Below, piece by piece: positions 1-11,835 of a DNA stretch of 64,000 nt. The position numbers were made by a program, and so were the translations under genes. The notes below the pieces were generated by a model. The model saw only the letters and a list, made by a program, of their open reading frames with translations, searched no databases and had not been told where the DNA came from. Origin of the DNA: Epiperipatus broadwayi (Eukaryota > Animalia > Onychophora). Position 1 is the first letter of the stretch, and each line of letters starts with the position of its first letter. Where the stretch lies: assembly GCA_028023455.1 (NCBI GenBank), contig JAQFVV010000002.1, forward strand, positions 14,198,001 to 14,262,000, read 5' to 3'.

Positions 1-680
1 CTAATCTTTATTTCTATGTAGAAAGCTTTTTTTCACTTTGACAATGCTGATGAAAAATTTATTTAAAGCTGCATATATTCACAGTTCCCTTTTTTCCCCC
101 TCATAAAGTTTAATTACAATGAAATTCTTAATGTGGATGGGGAAAAGACTAAATTCCTATTTTTTATTTTGCTTAATGTTTTCCTTGACAATACTGATGA
201 AAAATTTATTTAACTATTTCAGCTTCAAGCCGCCATATTGAATTTATTAAAATACTGGCATGAGACACATTTTCACAATAACTTCAGTTTTAATTATGTT
301 AGAGCAAAAACAATTACATTGCTAGAAACTAGAAAAATTAAGGAAAACAATAAGTATAAAATAAATATTGATAACTATATAAAAAATAAGGAAAAAAAGA
401 AATTTTAACATTAACTAAAATTCAAAATACATCTTCAGTGATAATTTCTTTATATTCCTCACAAAATTATCTTTCTAAACATGTATAACATGTCTTACTG
501 AGATAATCCACAGCTTCACAATCTCCAAAAGAAGTCGACTTTGACTTCATTTTTATCTTGTACCCCAAATGTTCTAGCAATTGGCTTCTTGTCTATCTAA
601 AACTAGAAATTGTAGGCTACTGTCTATATCACTGATAAAATGAGTTTCGTCTCTTCATTTTATATTTTTTTGTGTACAAC

Positions 681-771
681 AGTGATGTTTATATTCTTTA
701 TGGATACCAGTGATGTTTATACTCTTTATGCACACAAGTGATGTTTATATTCTTTATGCACAGAAGTGATG
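681..771. repeat. 28-bp minisatellite, ~3.2 copies
   Basis: AGTGATGTTTATA(T/C)TCTTTATG units start at 681, 709, 737 and 765. Confidence 0.85.
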
Positions 772-1006
772 CTATCTTGTTATACGTATTGTACCACATA
801 GATATAATTTATTTGCATATAGTCCATTTGTTAGCTATAGACTTGAAAATAATGTTATGAAACATAGCAAAACCAAAGCATGAACAAGAGTAAACATAAA
901 CAAGAATCAGAATTTGATTATATGTTTGTGTATGCAATGTTTGTATACATTTGATTATTAGTTTTATAACTCATTACTTGTAAACCATATTATATAAACA
1001 TAATTA

Positions 1007-1070
1007 ATGATTTTCAAAAAGGATAATAATTTATTATAAATAATAAATTATTATCCTTTTTGAAAATCAT
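1007..1070. repeat. Perfect 30-bp inverted repeat with 4-nt loop
   Basis: ATGATTTTCAAAAAGGATAATAATTTATTA (1007-1036) is the exact reverse complement of 1041-1070. Confidence 0.9.
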
Positions 1071-1244
1071 CATTTTTATAAAAATAAGAGGATTAGTGAA
1101 GATAGAACGTTAGAAAATTACGATAGATATGAATTCTATATGAGCATAAATAAATATATAATTACAAACACACACACTAATTACAAACTAAAATTAATAA
1201 AAAAGATAATTTCTTCAAAAAATATATAAAATTTTTTTATACTT

Positions 1245-1580
1245 ACGAGTAATTACATTGAAGCTCTATTGTAGGCCTTGTTTGTGAATAACACACGGAA
1301 AATGTTGAGTTGCCTTTGGTAAACCATTTTTTTTCTTTTATCGCTTCGTGGTAATTACAAAAGATATAAAAAACGAAAAAAAAAAAAATACTGTGGTCAA
1401 TTAAAACTGTCTCAAAAAATCCAAATTTCAACGGATTTTTTTGAGATAAAGTTCGTTTGAAAGCTAAGATATTGAGCTATCAAATGGTCATATTTTGATT
1501 GACTTCATGCTTATACTTAACACGCCATTTGACGAGCGATCAGAGAGCGCACGTTGCACCAACACAGCGGAAAAAGTTAA
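1245..1580. mobile_element. Probable right end of a piggyBac-type non-autonomous element
   Basis: CpG-richer segment ending GCGGAAAAAG|TTAA, resembling the GCGGGAAAAGGG|TTAA end at 16598-16614; no left end found. Confidence 0.35.
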
Positions 1581-4500
1581 TAATGCTGCATATATTCACA
1601 GTTCCCTCCCCCCCCTCATAAAGTTTAACTACAATGAAATTCATAATGTGGATGGTGAAAAGGCTAAATTCCTATTTTTTATTTTGCTTAATGTTTTCCT
1701 CTCTCTATACTATTGTTTGTTTTTTAAATAGTCATTTCTCATTGGCAAACTGATATAATGTTTATGGGAATTGTATGAAAATTAGTAACAAATTTTTATT
1801 TAACCTAGAACAGTTGTTTTCACTCTTAATTTAAATCAAAAAAAACAAAACAAGTGATACATATATATATATAACACAATTTAAATATAAACTATACAAA
1901 AGATAAATATATTAATATCAATACATTTTATAAAAAGTAACTAAAAGGAAGTTTTTATTATTATTCATCATTAGAAATTTAAAGGACCTGGCAGGGTAAA
2001 TTTTTTTATGTCCATTTAGCATTCTTGAAGTGTTCATATGTTAAATGAACATGGATGGGCTATCCACTTAATGACTTCATTGCCTTTGAGATAAGAAAAC
2101 AGGATTTTCGTAAAACAAAATGGATAATGTCTCTGTGTGTAAAACCTTAAATATATTGTAAGAGACAAAGGTAAATTATATTTTAAGTAACAGAAAATAT
2201 GTTTTTTGTGCTTATAATGTGAAAGCTAGATGATGATTTGCTGAAACTTTATAAGAATTCTTGCATAAAATGATTCTGGAAATAGTTAAGAAAAAAGTAG
2301 TCTGGTGATCTTCTACAAGCAAGTTATATATAAAGTTAATATTCTTAACAAACAATAAATTTTATTTTTAAATTAAAAACATTTATATTAGTGCCCTATA
2401 AAATTAAAACTTTATAAAACTAAAAGAGTAAGATTTTTTTGTTATTTATGTTCTTTTGAAATTGATAAATAATCTTCAACAGAAGAAATGGTATAAAAAA
2501 TTCTTGTGAGGTCAGTAATGAAGTTATAATAAAAGTAAGCCTATTTTATTCACCGATTATATAGTTCCAGCAAACCATCATCTAACTTTGAAAGTTTTTC
2601 ATTAGATGCTTCATTTGAAACATCTTTTATTACAAGTTAGCACTAATTGTAGAAAAACCCAATAAATTCTTATCTTAAACTAGAAAAATTTATTAGAATT
2701 CTGGTTGGAATTTACAACTGATTGATAAGATTTATTTCCAAAATATAAAACCTTGAGGAATACATTCTTGAGAGACTATTGATAATAAAGCCATCACAAA
2801 AATAAAATATTAAACACAAGCTGTCAATCTGCCTGAAAATAATATTAAATATATGCAAAAAGAAATTCAAAAAAACCAATCAAGATATGGCTAGTAGCAT
2901 GTAAATTATATGTAAATATTTTTTTAATGTAAAGGCCAAAATAATGATTCTTAAGAAAAATATTTTATGCAAGAAAAATGACGCAAATTTCTTTTAAAAT
3001 ATTATTATTTATATTTGTTCTTTTCATGTTGTGTTAAATTTTAAAAAAAATTTGGAAGGCATATTTAATATGTATTTTTTATATATATAAATATATGTCC
3101 TGTGTTATCATATTGAACTGTGGAGCTATTTTTGGACCAATTCATTTTTTATGTTTTGAATGAATAGAATATTTACTCATACATCACTGCCACTTTGTGT
3201 TAAATAATCATAAATGAATTATTTTAATAATCATTTTATCTGAATAGGCCATAAATAAACTATGTATGGATAAATGTTATTCATCTCTAATGTATTTTCA
3301 TAATTATTCGTTATATTATGGTGTCAGTTTATTTATTTTACTAGTGCATTAATTAATAAATTTTGTTACTTAAATTTAATTAATAGCATTCTTTATTCTT
3401 ATGCGCATATCGTATCTAATATAAATTATATATATTATTATGGTGTTGTATGCACTTCCGTCATTTTTAGTTTTGATATCTGACACATTACTAATAAACC
3501 TGGTTATAATTACAAATGTATTATAATTGGGATAATTTAAATATTTGATGTTCTAAAAAAAAAAAAGCAGTTCTCGCTGGAAAACCGAGATAGCTTTGTA
3601 TATATCGATTTTAACTTATTTTCAAATAAAAGTTGCACTTCATCAACAGTTAATGATTATCCAATATTTATGTATTCTATTAAATAAAATTGGTGGTGCA
3701 TTACATTACAAGAAAATAGATGTAAGTTTCCATTGTAGAATCTTTCAATCTTTTCACATTGTAAATCTCTTCATTTTCTATATTATTGGTTTTCAACTTT
3801 CATATATGATGAATTTCATTCCTCTTTGTGTGCCTTTGTTATAATATTTGGGTTAATTTTTCAGGTTATTTATCTTTCCATGTAATGTTAAGTCTGGTAA
3901 TCTTTATTTAATGTGTATCCCTTCCCCATACACTATTAGGTGAAATCTTTTTTTTCATTTGAAATTATCTTACAGATACAAATAACCAATGAAGTCATTT
4001 AAATCTGAAATCCATAAACTTTTAGATTCTGTTGCATTTAGTGATTATTTGTTTTTTTTTTATAGTCTAGTTTATAGCCTAAAAGAGATGTAGCTTATAA
4101 TTTATTATTCATAAATATATTTATAAACAAGGATTTTCACATATAAATACAGTTCTTGCATTCATTCTTATAGCTTTTTTATTAAAAAAAATCTAATATT
4201 TCAGTCAGAAACTATTTTGATATATGAAATATTAGCGCGTGTTTAGTAGGTGATTTATCTATATGTGGGTTTTTTTTCCCCAGGTCTCCTTGAGGAATTA
4301 AAAGATCTATTTCTTTATTTAATGCAAAATATTTTTGCAAATCTAGTTGATAATATACATTATGTAAAAAATATTATTGAAAAGTATGTACTTATGTAAA
4401 TATTTATATATTTAGTTAATACAATTATTTGAAAGAATTAATTCAGTTTTTGCTGGTACACATGTAGAGGTTTTGTATTTTTTCTTAAAAATATAATGTA

Positions 4501-5078
4501 ATATATATTAAGGCTATAACCTTAAAACCATACACCTGAAAAATGACAGTAGGGACCTCTACAAATCTCATCACAAGATTTGTTTAAAAGACAAGAGTGA
4601 AAAATATAATAAGTCAGACTGAATTGAAACACTAAGAAGGAAGATTAATATTGGTAAAGGTGTATATAACAAGAATAATCTATCAAAAATTTTATAGCAT
4701 TTTTATAGAAAGTATATTATTGGTTAGCGTAAGAAGCAGTCAGTAAAAACAATTGAAGATTATATATAGCATTTCCGTATGGTGATGTTTTTATAGATGT
4801 TTCAGAAAAGCAAAAAATGTACTCAAGTGATCAGTTGGGGAGGATAATTGGTGTAATGTTCTGTGAGATTTTATCAATAAAATAGATTTCTAGTAATCAT
4901 TAACTATTATATATTTTTTGTGTATTCATATATATAATTATAGATCCTTATGTTAAAATTTGGTTTCAAAACAATTAATTATAGAGCAAAAAATGAATGA
5001 TACATATGTTTATATATATATTTTTAGATGAAAATATAGGGGAAAAAACTCAAGTACATAATTGTATATGTATAATAA

Positions 5079-5319
5079 ATCAGTAACTAAATTTTGTATT
5101 TAAAATTGTTTGATAGTTTTTATTTTCAAACAATTGTTTTTTTAAAAAAACTAAACTAAAAAAGTCACATTATTTAAAATGATAACTAAAAGTCAAAGAA
5201 AACTAAAGATAATTATTTTAAACAATGATTTATTTTTTTTAGCATTTTTTTTAAAAACAACTTTTAAAATAGAAATAAAAACTATCAAAGAATTTTAAAT
5301 AGAAAACTTAGTTACTGAT
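5079..5319. mobile_element. AT-rich foldback/MITE with ~80-bp arms
   Basis: ATCAGTAACTAA...CTAAAAA pairs with TTTTTAG...TTAGTTACTGAT; a related arm recurs at ~51210-51295. Confidence 0.6.
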
Positions 5320-5653
5320 TCATACTAAATATAATATATACATTAAGATTATACTGCAGAAATATCTAATTACTCATATACACTTTATGTTTGCTATTGC
5401 TTTAAAGTAAAATTGTATGTATTTAGTGAAAATTATTTACAATATATACATATATATTGTGTACACATACTAAATATGATATATACGTAAGGGGTATACA
5501 TTTTAACTTATAGCCGAAATATCTGATATATATATCAACTATAAATGTCCAGTCAATTTAAAGTACAATATAGTTTTACATTTTCATTTACTGTGCCAAT
5601 ACTAAAAACTTAAAAGTAATAGAGAAATTTTTTTTTATATTAAATGTTTTTAT

Positions 5654-5878
5654 TGACTGCACTAAAAAGAAATAGTTATTCGTTCAACCACAATTGTGGT
5701 TGTTAAATTTTACTTGAAATAAAAGCATGGGGGAGAGTCCAGCAATTAATTAAGTCAATTCCTATTTTTTATAACAAGGGCTGACAATTTTTGGACCCCC
5801 TTCCCCCATAAATTAAGTCTAAAAATGCCAATTGTGGTTAAAGAAAAAATTATTTTATTTTTTTTTAGTGCACAGTCA
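5654..5878. mobile_element. Small MITE-like element with ~45-bp imperfect TIRs
   Basis: TGACTGCACTAAAAAG...AACCACAATTG versus CAATTGTGGTT...TTTTTAGTGCACAGTCA; no clear TSD. Confidence 0.5.
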
Positions 5879-6721
5879 TAACAAATTTTTTTTCTATTAT
5901 TGTAAAATAAAAGTTAATCTACATTATCTTCAATATTCTTTTTTTTTTTAAAAAAAATCTACATTATGAAAAAATTAGTATCAATCAAAAGAGGAAATAG
6001 TAAATACATTTTAAAATTATTAAAAAAAAATTTCAGTTCATTTTTGATTACATTATGTTTATAAAATATCATTTACACATTTTTTCTTTTCATATTAGTT
6101 CATAATTTTCCATATATGTAAATGAAGACACCAAACTTCTTTTTAAAACTTGTTTTTTTATATGACTATAATAAAAATACACTCCAATATTTTGACCATT
6201 TTATATAGTCTTGTTCAAGAAACACTAAAAAATAAAATACAAATATATAATAATAAATATCATATATTCCAAACAAATGCAAAAATATTAAAAAAGACTA
6301 AAAAATTATCGTTACTTCAACACCTTTTTCTATTAGAAACAATCTCGACTTAATTAAAAAAAAATTTTATTACAATTTATTTACCTATCCAAAAATACCC
6401 TAAAACATTTAATTAATAAATCTATTATTTTGTTTTTTCTATTTAATTCTTGTTTAATTTCACTAATGTAAATTCCTTCCTTTATTATTCTTTCATGGTA
6501 TGACTATACATTCTAAAGGTTTTATTTCAAAATCTTTGTTTAAATTTATTCATGTGATTATAAATAGTGGAATTTTTATCACTTAAATGTTGTTTTAATC
6601 TAGTTTCTAATATATTTTTTGTAGTCCCAACATATGAATTGTATTAAATAAGAATATAGAGATGTCATATGTTGGGATTACAAAAAATAAATTAGAAACT
6701 AGATTAAAACAATGTTTAAGT

Positions 6722-9636
6722 CGGCCATACTCAACCTGTGGGCGGCATGCGGCCCAGTTATAGACTGACGGTTAACAGGTGCAACAACACTCTTCTTAAT
6801 TAGCAAATAATCACGTGCAATTGATTTATTTTGTTGAAGCACTAATATGTCTTTTTTTTTTTAAATTTTACAGATCTGAAAAACTTGCCAAATCTACATC
6901 ATATGTGCGGAGTATCTTCATATACGGCTTATACTCGCTCAGTCCGCTATTTTTAGCATTATTTCATTGATTTTAGCACCTTCAGGTTTTTTTTTTTTTT
7001 CAAATAAATCAATAATTTTTAAATTTAATGATGTAACAATGAGTAAATTTGTATTTTCAAGCTTCTGATTGGTGGTTTTTTTTTTCTCCACAAGGGAGTG
7101 CCAGTCCATGACTTTGACAGTTGTATTTCTATGTTTTGAATTCTGAAACGAAAACGTTATTTGCTAAAGTTTTTTTGTTCCCACTTGTTTGTTTTTCAGA
7201 TTTTTGTCAAAAATATTTATTTTTACACTAAAACATATTGATAAGGAATTCAATGAATTATGACTGGAATTTATAATTGGATGGTAAGCATTTATTTTAA
7301 TTTGCCACATTAAATTATTATCATCAATTATAAATAGGAATTTATTTTTTTAAAACCTTTTTGTAATGTGACAAATTGTGAATTTGTACCTTAGATAATA
7401 GTCTAAAACAAATATAATTTTAAAAAGACAAATATATTTACTGCAGATTCTATAATTGACTAATCAGATGCTTGAAACTTTAATTCCATCTCCCAATAGT
7501 CCGTGTTTTTGAAGTCAAGGTGAGACTGAGAATTTTATACGTGAATTAGTATAAACACAGATGTGTAGTATTTTCTATCAAACTATAATTTAAACACCAT
7601 AATGGCGTCTTCAAACAACAAATGAAATTTGAATATTTCCCGGCAACTGGGAAGAGGAATATTTTGTGTTAAATAACAAAAGTCCAGCAACCTGTTTGAT
7701 GTGTCTCATTAAAAAGTATATAACATAGATCATCATTATTCCACGAAACATAAATTGTTTAATGACACTTTTGCTCATGGGCCTTTAATAAGTGAAAATT
7801 TATTTTCAAGAAATCATTGCAACAACAAAATGTTATATCAGTGGCAATCTTTCAAGAAACGATGGTGACATGAGCATCATATGAAATTTGTTATATACCT
7901 GGCAAGAATATGAAACTATTTACAGATGCTGAAGTTGTGAAAGAATGTTTCATAAATGTTTCGAATATATTATTTGATAAAGTTAATAATAAAAGCCATA
8001 TATTATTACACATTAGGAAATTACAACTGTCAGATTCTACCAGCATTAGATATATTGAAGATATTGCAAAACATATTTTTGATATTCTAATAGAAGATTT
8101 GAAAAACTGCAAATATTTTACTTTGGCTCTTGATTCTAATACTGACATTTTAGCAACATCACAATATGCTATTTTCGCCAGATATTGTATGGAACAATTT
8201 AATTAATGGAGGTTTTTTACAACTTCTTCCTATGAAGGATCGAACTAGAGGTAGTGATTTTCTCAATAGAATTTGTACTTTTCTGAAGAATAATATTGAA
8301 ATAAAATTCATTTCCGTGTGCACTGATAGATGTCCTTCAATGATTGGATCCGAAAAGGGATTTATTGTTCTATTTAAAAAGAAATACAATCTAACAAATC
8401 TCATCATTTCATTGCTTAATTCACCAAGAAAACTTGGGGGCGCATATATCAATTAAAGAAGTAGATGATATAATTAAAACGGTCGTAAACATTGTTAGTT
8501 ATATTCGAGTCAGAGAATTGAACCACAGAAAATTTTTAAATCTTTTGGAAGAAATAAATAGTAATTATGGTGATGTATTTTTGCATACCAGTGTGATGGC
8601 TAAGCAGAGGTAAAGTTTTGAATCATTTTTTTTATTTCACGTCGTGAAATTATTTCATTTTTACAAGAAAACGATAAAGTATATAATGAGCTTGACAGTG
8701 ATAGATGGTGGTGTCTTTTAGCTGTTTTCTGTGACATCACAGAAAAACTTTGTGACTTTAATATTAGTTTGCATGACGAAAATAAAATTATTTCACAAAT
8801 GGCAAATAAAGTATTTGCGTTTGAAGAAAAACTAAATATTTATTACCAAGATATACAAAACCAAATGCTACATCATTTTCCAACATTGACAAATGCTAAG
8901 CAAGATGGTATTATTGACATTTCTTCAGAAATCTATGTAATTATTTCAAATTATTTAGCTACCTTATTGAAAGAATTTAAAAGTAGATATCAAGATTTAA
9001 GAAATATTAAGAATTGTCTCTTATGTATAGAAAATCCCTGGCAGTTAGAAATAGCAACTACTACACAATTAGCTGTATTTGGATATGATTATGTTAAGCT
9101 ATTTGACGAATTTGTTGAATTTTAAAATGACACAAATTTGGAAGCCATCTTTTAAAAAAAAAGACAAAAAGAGTATATGGACTTTTGGAAATTAGTGCCT
9201 GAAAAATATAAAACTGTCAAAAAGTGTGCACAAATGTTGCTCATATTGTTTGCATCAATATATCTTTGTGAATCATCTTATTCGAAAATGAAATATGTGA
9301 AAAATGTATATAGAAATAGACATTGATTCACACCTTGATATATTAAGAGTAGTATATAGCACTTATAAACCAGATTTATCTAAAATTGCTAAAACTTTTT
9401 CTCAATATCAAAAATCACATTGTTATTTAAATAAATGTTTATATCATATAAAAGTGTTTGCGTTTTATTAATATGCTAATTCTATGATATATTAAAGTGA
9501 TCTACAATCTGTGGCATACATGAATTGAGAAGTCACATTTTTCCATGTGACACCAATTGGTTGCCGATCGCTTATATAGCGTGTTGTAGCACACAAATAT
9601 ATGTGGCCCAGGTTAGAAAAAGGTTGAGTATGGCTG
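6722..9636 (+). mobile_element. hAT (Charlie/SPIN/GTF2IRD2-like) DNA transposon, decayed
   Basis: TIRs CGGCCATACTCAACCT / AGGTTGAGTATGGCTG; imperfect 8-bp TSD GTTTAAGT / ATTTAAAT; internal transposase remnants. Confidence 0.9.
7602..9420 (+). pseudogene. hAT transposase pseudogene (GTF2IRD2-like), multiple frameshifts and stops
   Basis: Fragments NWEEEYFV..CLMC, FTLALDSNTDILATSQYAIFAR, SVCTDRCPSMIGSEKGF, ISQMANKVFAFEEKL and the C-terminal dimerisation motif FASIYLCESSYSKMK (ORFs 7910, 8166, 8769). Confidence 0.9.
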
Positions 9637-10305
9637 ATTTAAATGATAAAAATTCTGCTATTTATAATCACATGAATAAATTTAAACATAACGATTTTGA
9701 AATAAAACCTTTAAAATATATAGTCATACCATAAAAGAATAATAAAGGAATGAATTTACATTAGTGAAATTAAACCTGAATTAAATAAAATGTTAATAGA
9801 AAATAAAATAATAGATTTGTTAATTAAATGTTTTTAGGGTATATTTGGATGGATATATAAAAGTAATAAAAAAATTTTTGATCAAGTTGAGATTGTTTGT
9901 AATAGAAAAAGGTGTTGAGGTAAAGATAATTTTTTAGTCATTTTTAATGTTTTTGCATTTGTTTGGAATATGTGATATTTATTATTATATATTTTTATTT
10001 TTTAGTGTTCCTTGAAAAAGACTATTATAAAATCGTAGAAATATTGAGGTGTATTTTTATTTTCATTATAGTCATATAAAAAAAAACGAGTTTTAAAAAG
10101 AAGTTTGGTGTATTCATTTACATATATAGTTTTCTGGGGAGAAAATTGATAATTTATATTAATGCTGCTTTAGTAATTACTGTATTATATATATATATAA
10201 ATTTGATTAAATATATTAATATATATGATAGTAGTTCAAGATTAAAGAATTATACAAGTTACCAAAATCACACTTTTCTTTATTTTTGTCGTAATATCCT
10301 ATAAA

Positions 10306-10434
10306 TACAATTTATCCAAACCGCTTCAAACACTTTTTAGCAAAACTTGCAGGTCAGTCGAATCGTAGGTGTATGTATATGTACAAACAAAGAGTTTTGC
10401 TAAAAAGTGTTTGAAGCAGTTTGGTTAAATTGTA
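10306..10434. repeat. Inverted repeat, 42-bp arms, ~45-nt loop
   Basis: TACAATTTATCCAAACCGCTTCAAACACTTTTTAGCAAAACT pairs with 10393-10434 with 2 mismatches. Confidence 0.85.
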
Positions 10435-11340
10435 ATTATAGAAGATCATGCAAATTGTTTGGTTTTTTTATTTTATTTTATATTAGCAGAAATTTAGAAT
10501 AAAACCTATTTTTCTCTTATGTATATATATATATTAACTATAAATGTTAATATATATTACAAAATTTTAACATAATAAAGCTTAGTGAGAGCTGAGAAGT
10601 TTAATAAAGAAGTTTTGATGATTTGAAGTGTAATCTGTGTACAAATCATTTATGTATAGTATATGTTATAAAATTTATAGGTAAATGCATATCAAAAATG
10701 CATGTTGGGACTAGTTCATATAGACTTGTTAATATTAAATTAATAAATCAGTGTATACATTAATCTTTTTTAAAACATTGATACCCATTGTATGTGTGTT
10801 GAATTCTCAATGAGAATTTACTTGCATATCGTTCAATAATTTACATATATTTTACATTATAATTAACATATTGTAACCGGATAACAACCAACCCCACTCT
10901 TGGTTGGTTTTAATTTCCTGATGAGCATATTGCAGGAAGGAACTATCGATTGGTATTCCCCAATGCACACGTCACCCTACCTACAACAATATTTCCTGCT
11001 CATCAGAGGATGTAGCACCATAGAGACTGGAAGCATCTAGAAATTTATGTGTTTGGTTTCCAAATGGTGCCACTAGATTTCCATCTCACTACAGCCTTAC
11101 TTATCATTGTCTGGTTATGCTGGATAGCTCAGGAGGCATGAGATTCTTGAGAGTAGGATGCAATGAATGATTCGTGATGCAAAATGAAACTGAACAACTA
11201 AAATTAATTTTTAATAACAATTTTATTAACAAATTATTGATGAGTCCTTCCAATAGAGTTCATCATTTCTATCAAATGAAAGCTCATTTCAGTTGATCTT
11301 GTGTGAAGTCAAAAAGCTTTTTTATCAAGTTTACATATAC

Positions 11341-11835
11341 ATAGGTTTTATCTCTTTATTCAGATGTGGCTTATTCAGATATGCATATAGGCCTTTATAA
11401 TTCATTATCATTTAATTATTCTAATATATAACAATTTCCTGTTTGTAGATAATTATTATTCAGTCAAACAGACATAGGTCTTATCACTTTATTCAGATGT
11501 GTATTATTCAAGTAAGCATTTAAACATTTATAAATCATCAACGTTTAATTATTCTGATATATAACAACTTCATGTTTGTAGATAATTATTATTCAATCAA
11601 ACATAGACATAGGTCTTATCACTTTATCCAGATGTGTATTATTCAGGCAAGCATTTATACCTTTATAAATCATCATTTAATTATGGATATTTATTATTCA
11701 GTCAAACATAGGCATAGGTCTTATCACTTTATCCAGATGTGTATTATTCAGGTAAGCATTTAAACATTTATAAATCATTTAATTCTAATATATAACAATT
11801 TCATGTTTGTAGATAATTATTATTCAGTCAAACAC
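11341..11835. repeat. Minisatellite, ~133-bp unit, ~3.7 copies
   Basis: ATAGGTCTTATCACTTTAT(T/C)CAGATGTG-type units start at 11341, 11474, 11609 and 11714. Confidence 0.9.

Larger units (their letters stand above)
68..1700. repeat. Dispersed direct repeat of ~118 bp (68-185 and 1585-1700)
   Basis: GCTGCATATATTCACAGTTCCCT...GCTTAATGTTTTCCT occurs twice with few substitutions. Confidence 0.85.
6096..10127. mobile_element. Penelope-type foldback element (arms ~520 bp, centre ~6650) interrupted by a hAT transposon
   Basis: 6112-6636 is the reverse complement of 6665-6720 plus 9637-10127. Arms carry a degenerate hammerhead-like motif (CTTGAAAAAGACTAT...GAAA at ~10004-10052). Same family as 32252-33588. 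Confidence 0.75.

Noticed and set aside
681-771. 28-bp repeats as a CRISPR array
   Set aside because: Units are directly adjacent with no unique spacers, there are no cas genes, and the context is eukaryotic.
4284-4383. Possible mask exon (CCAG|GT CTC CTT GAG GAA TTA = LLEEL)
   Set aside because: Similarity to the MASK ILLEEL segment stops after five residues, and the nearest donor gives phase 2, incompatible with the phase-1 acceptor at 47013.
10915-11010. CTGATGA motifs on both strands as hammerheads or a C/D snoRNA
   Set aside because: No adequate stem II, GAAA missing on + and no cleavable triplet on -; no properly placed D box with terminal stem.
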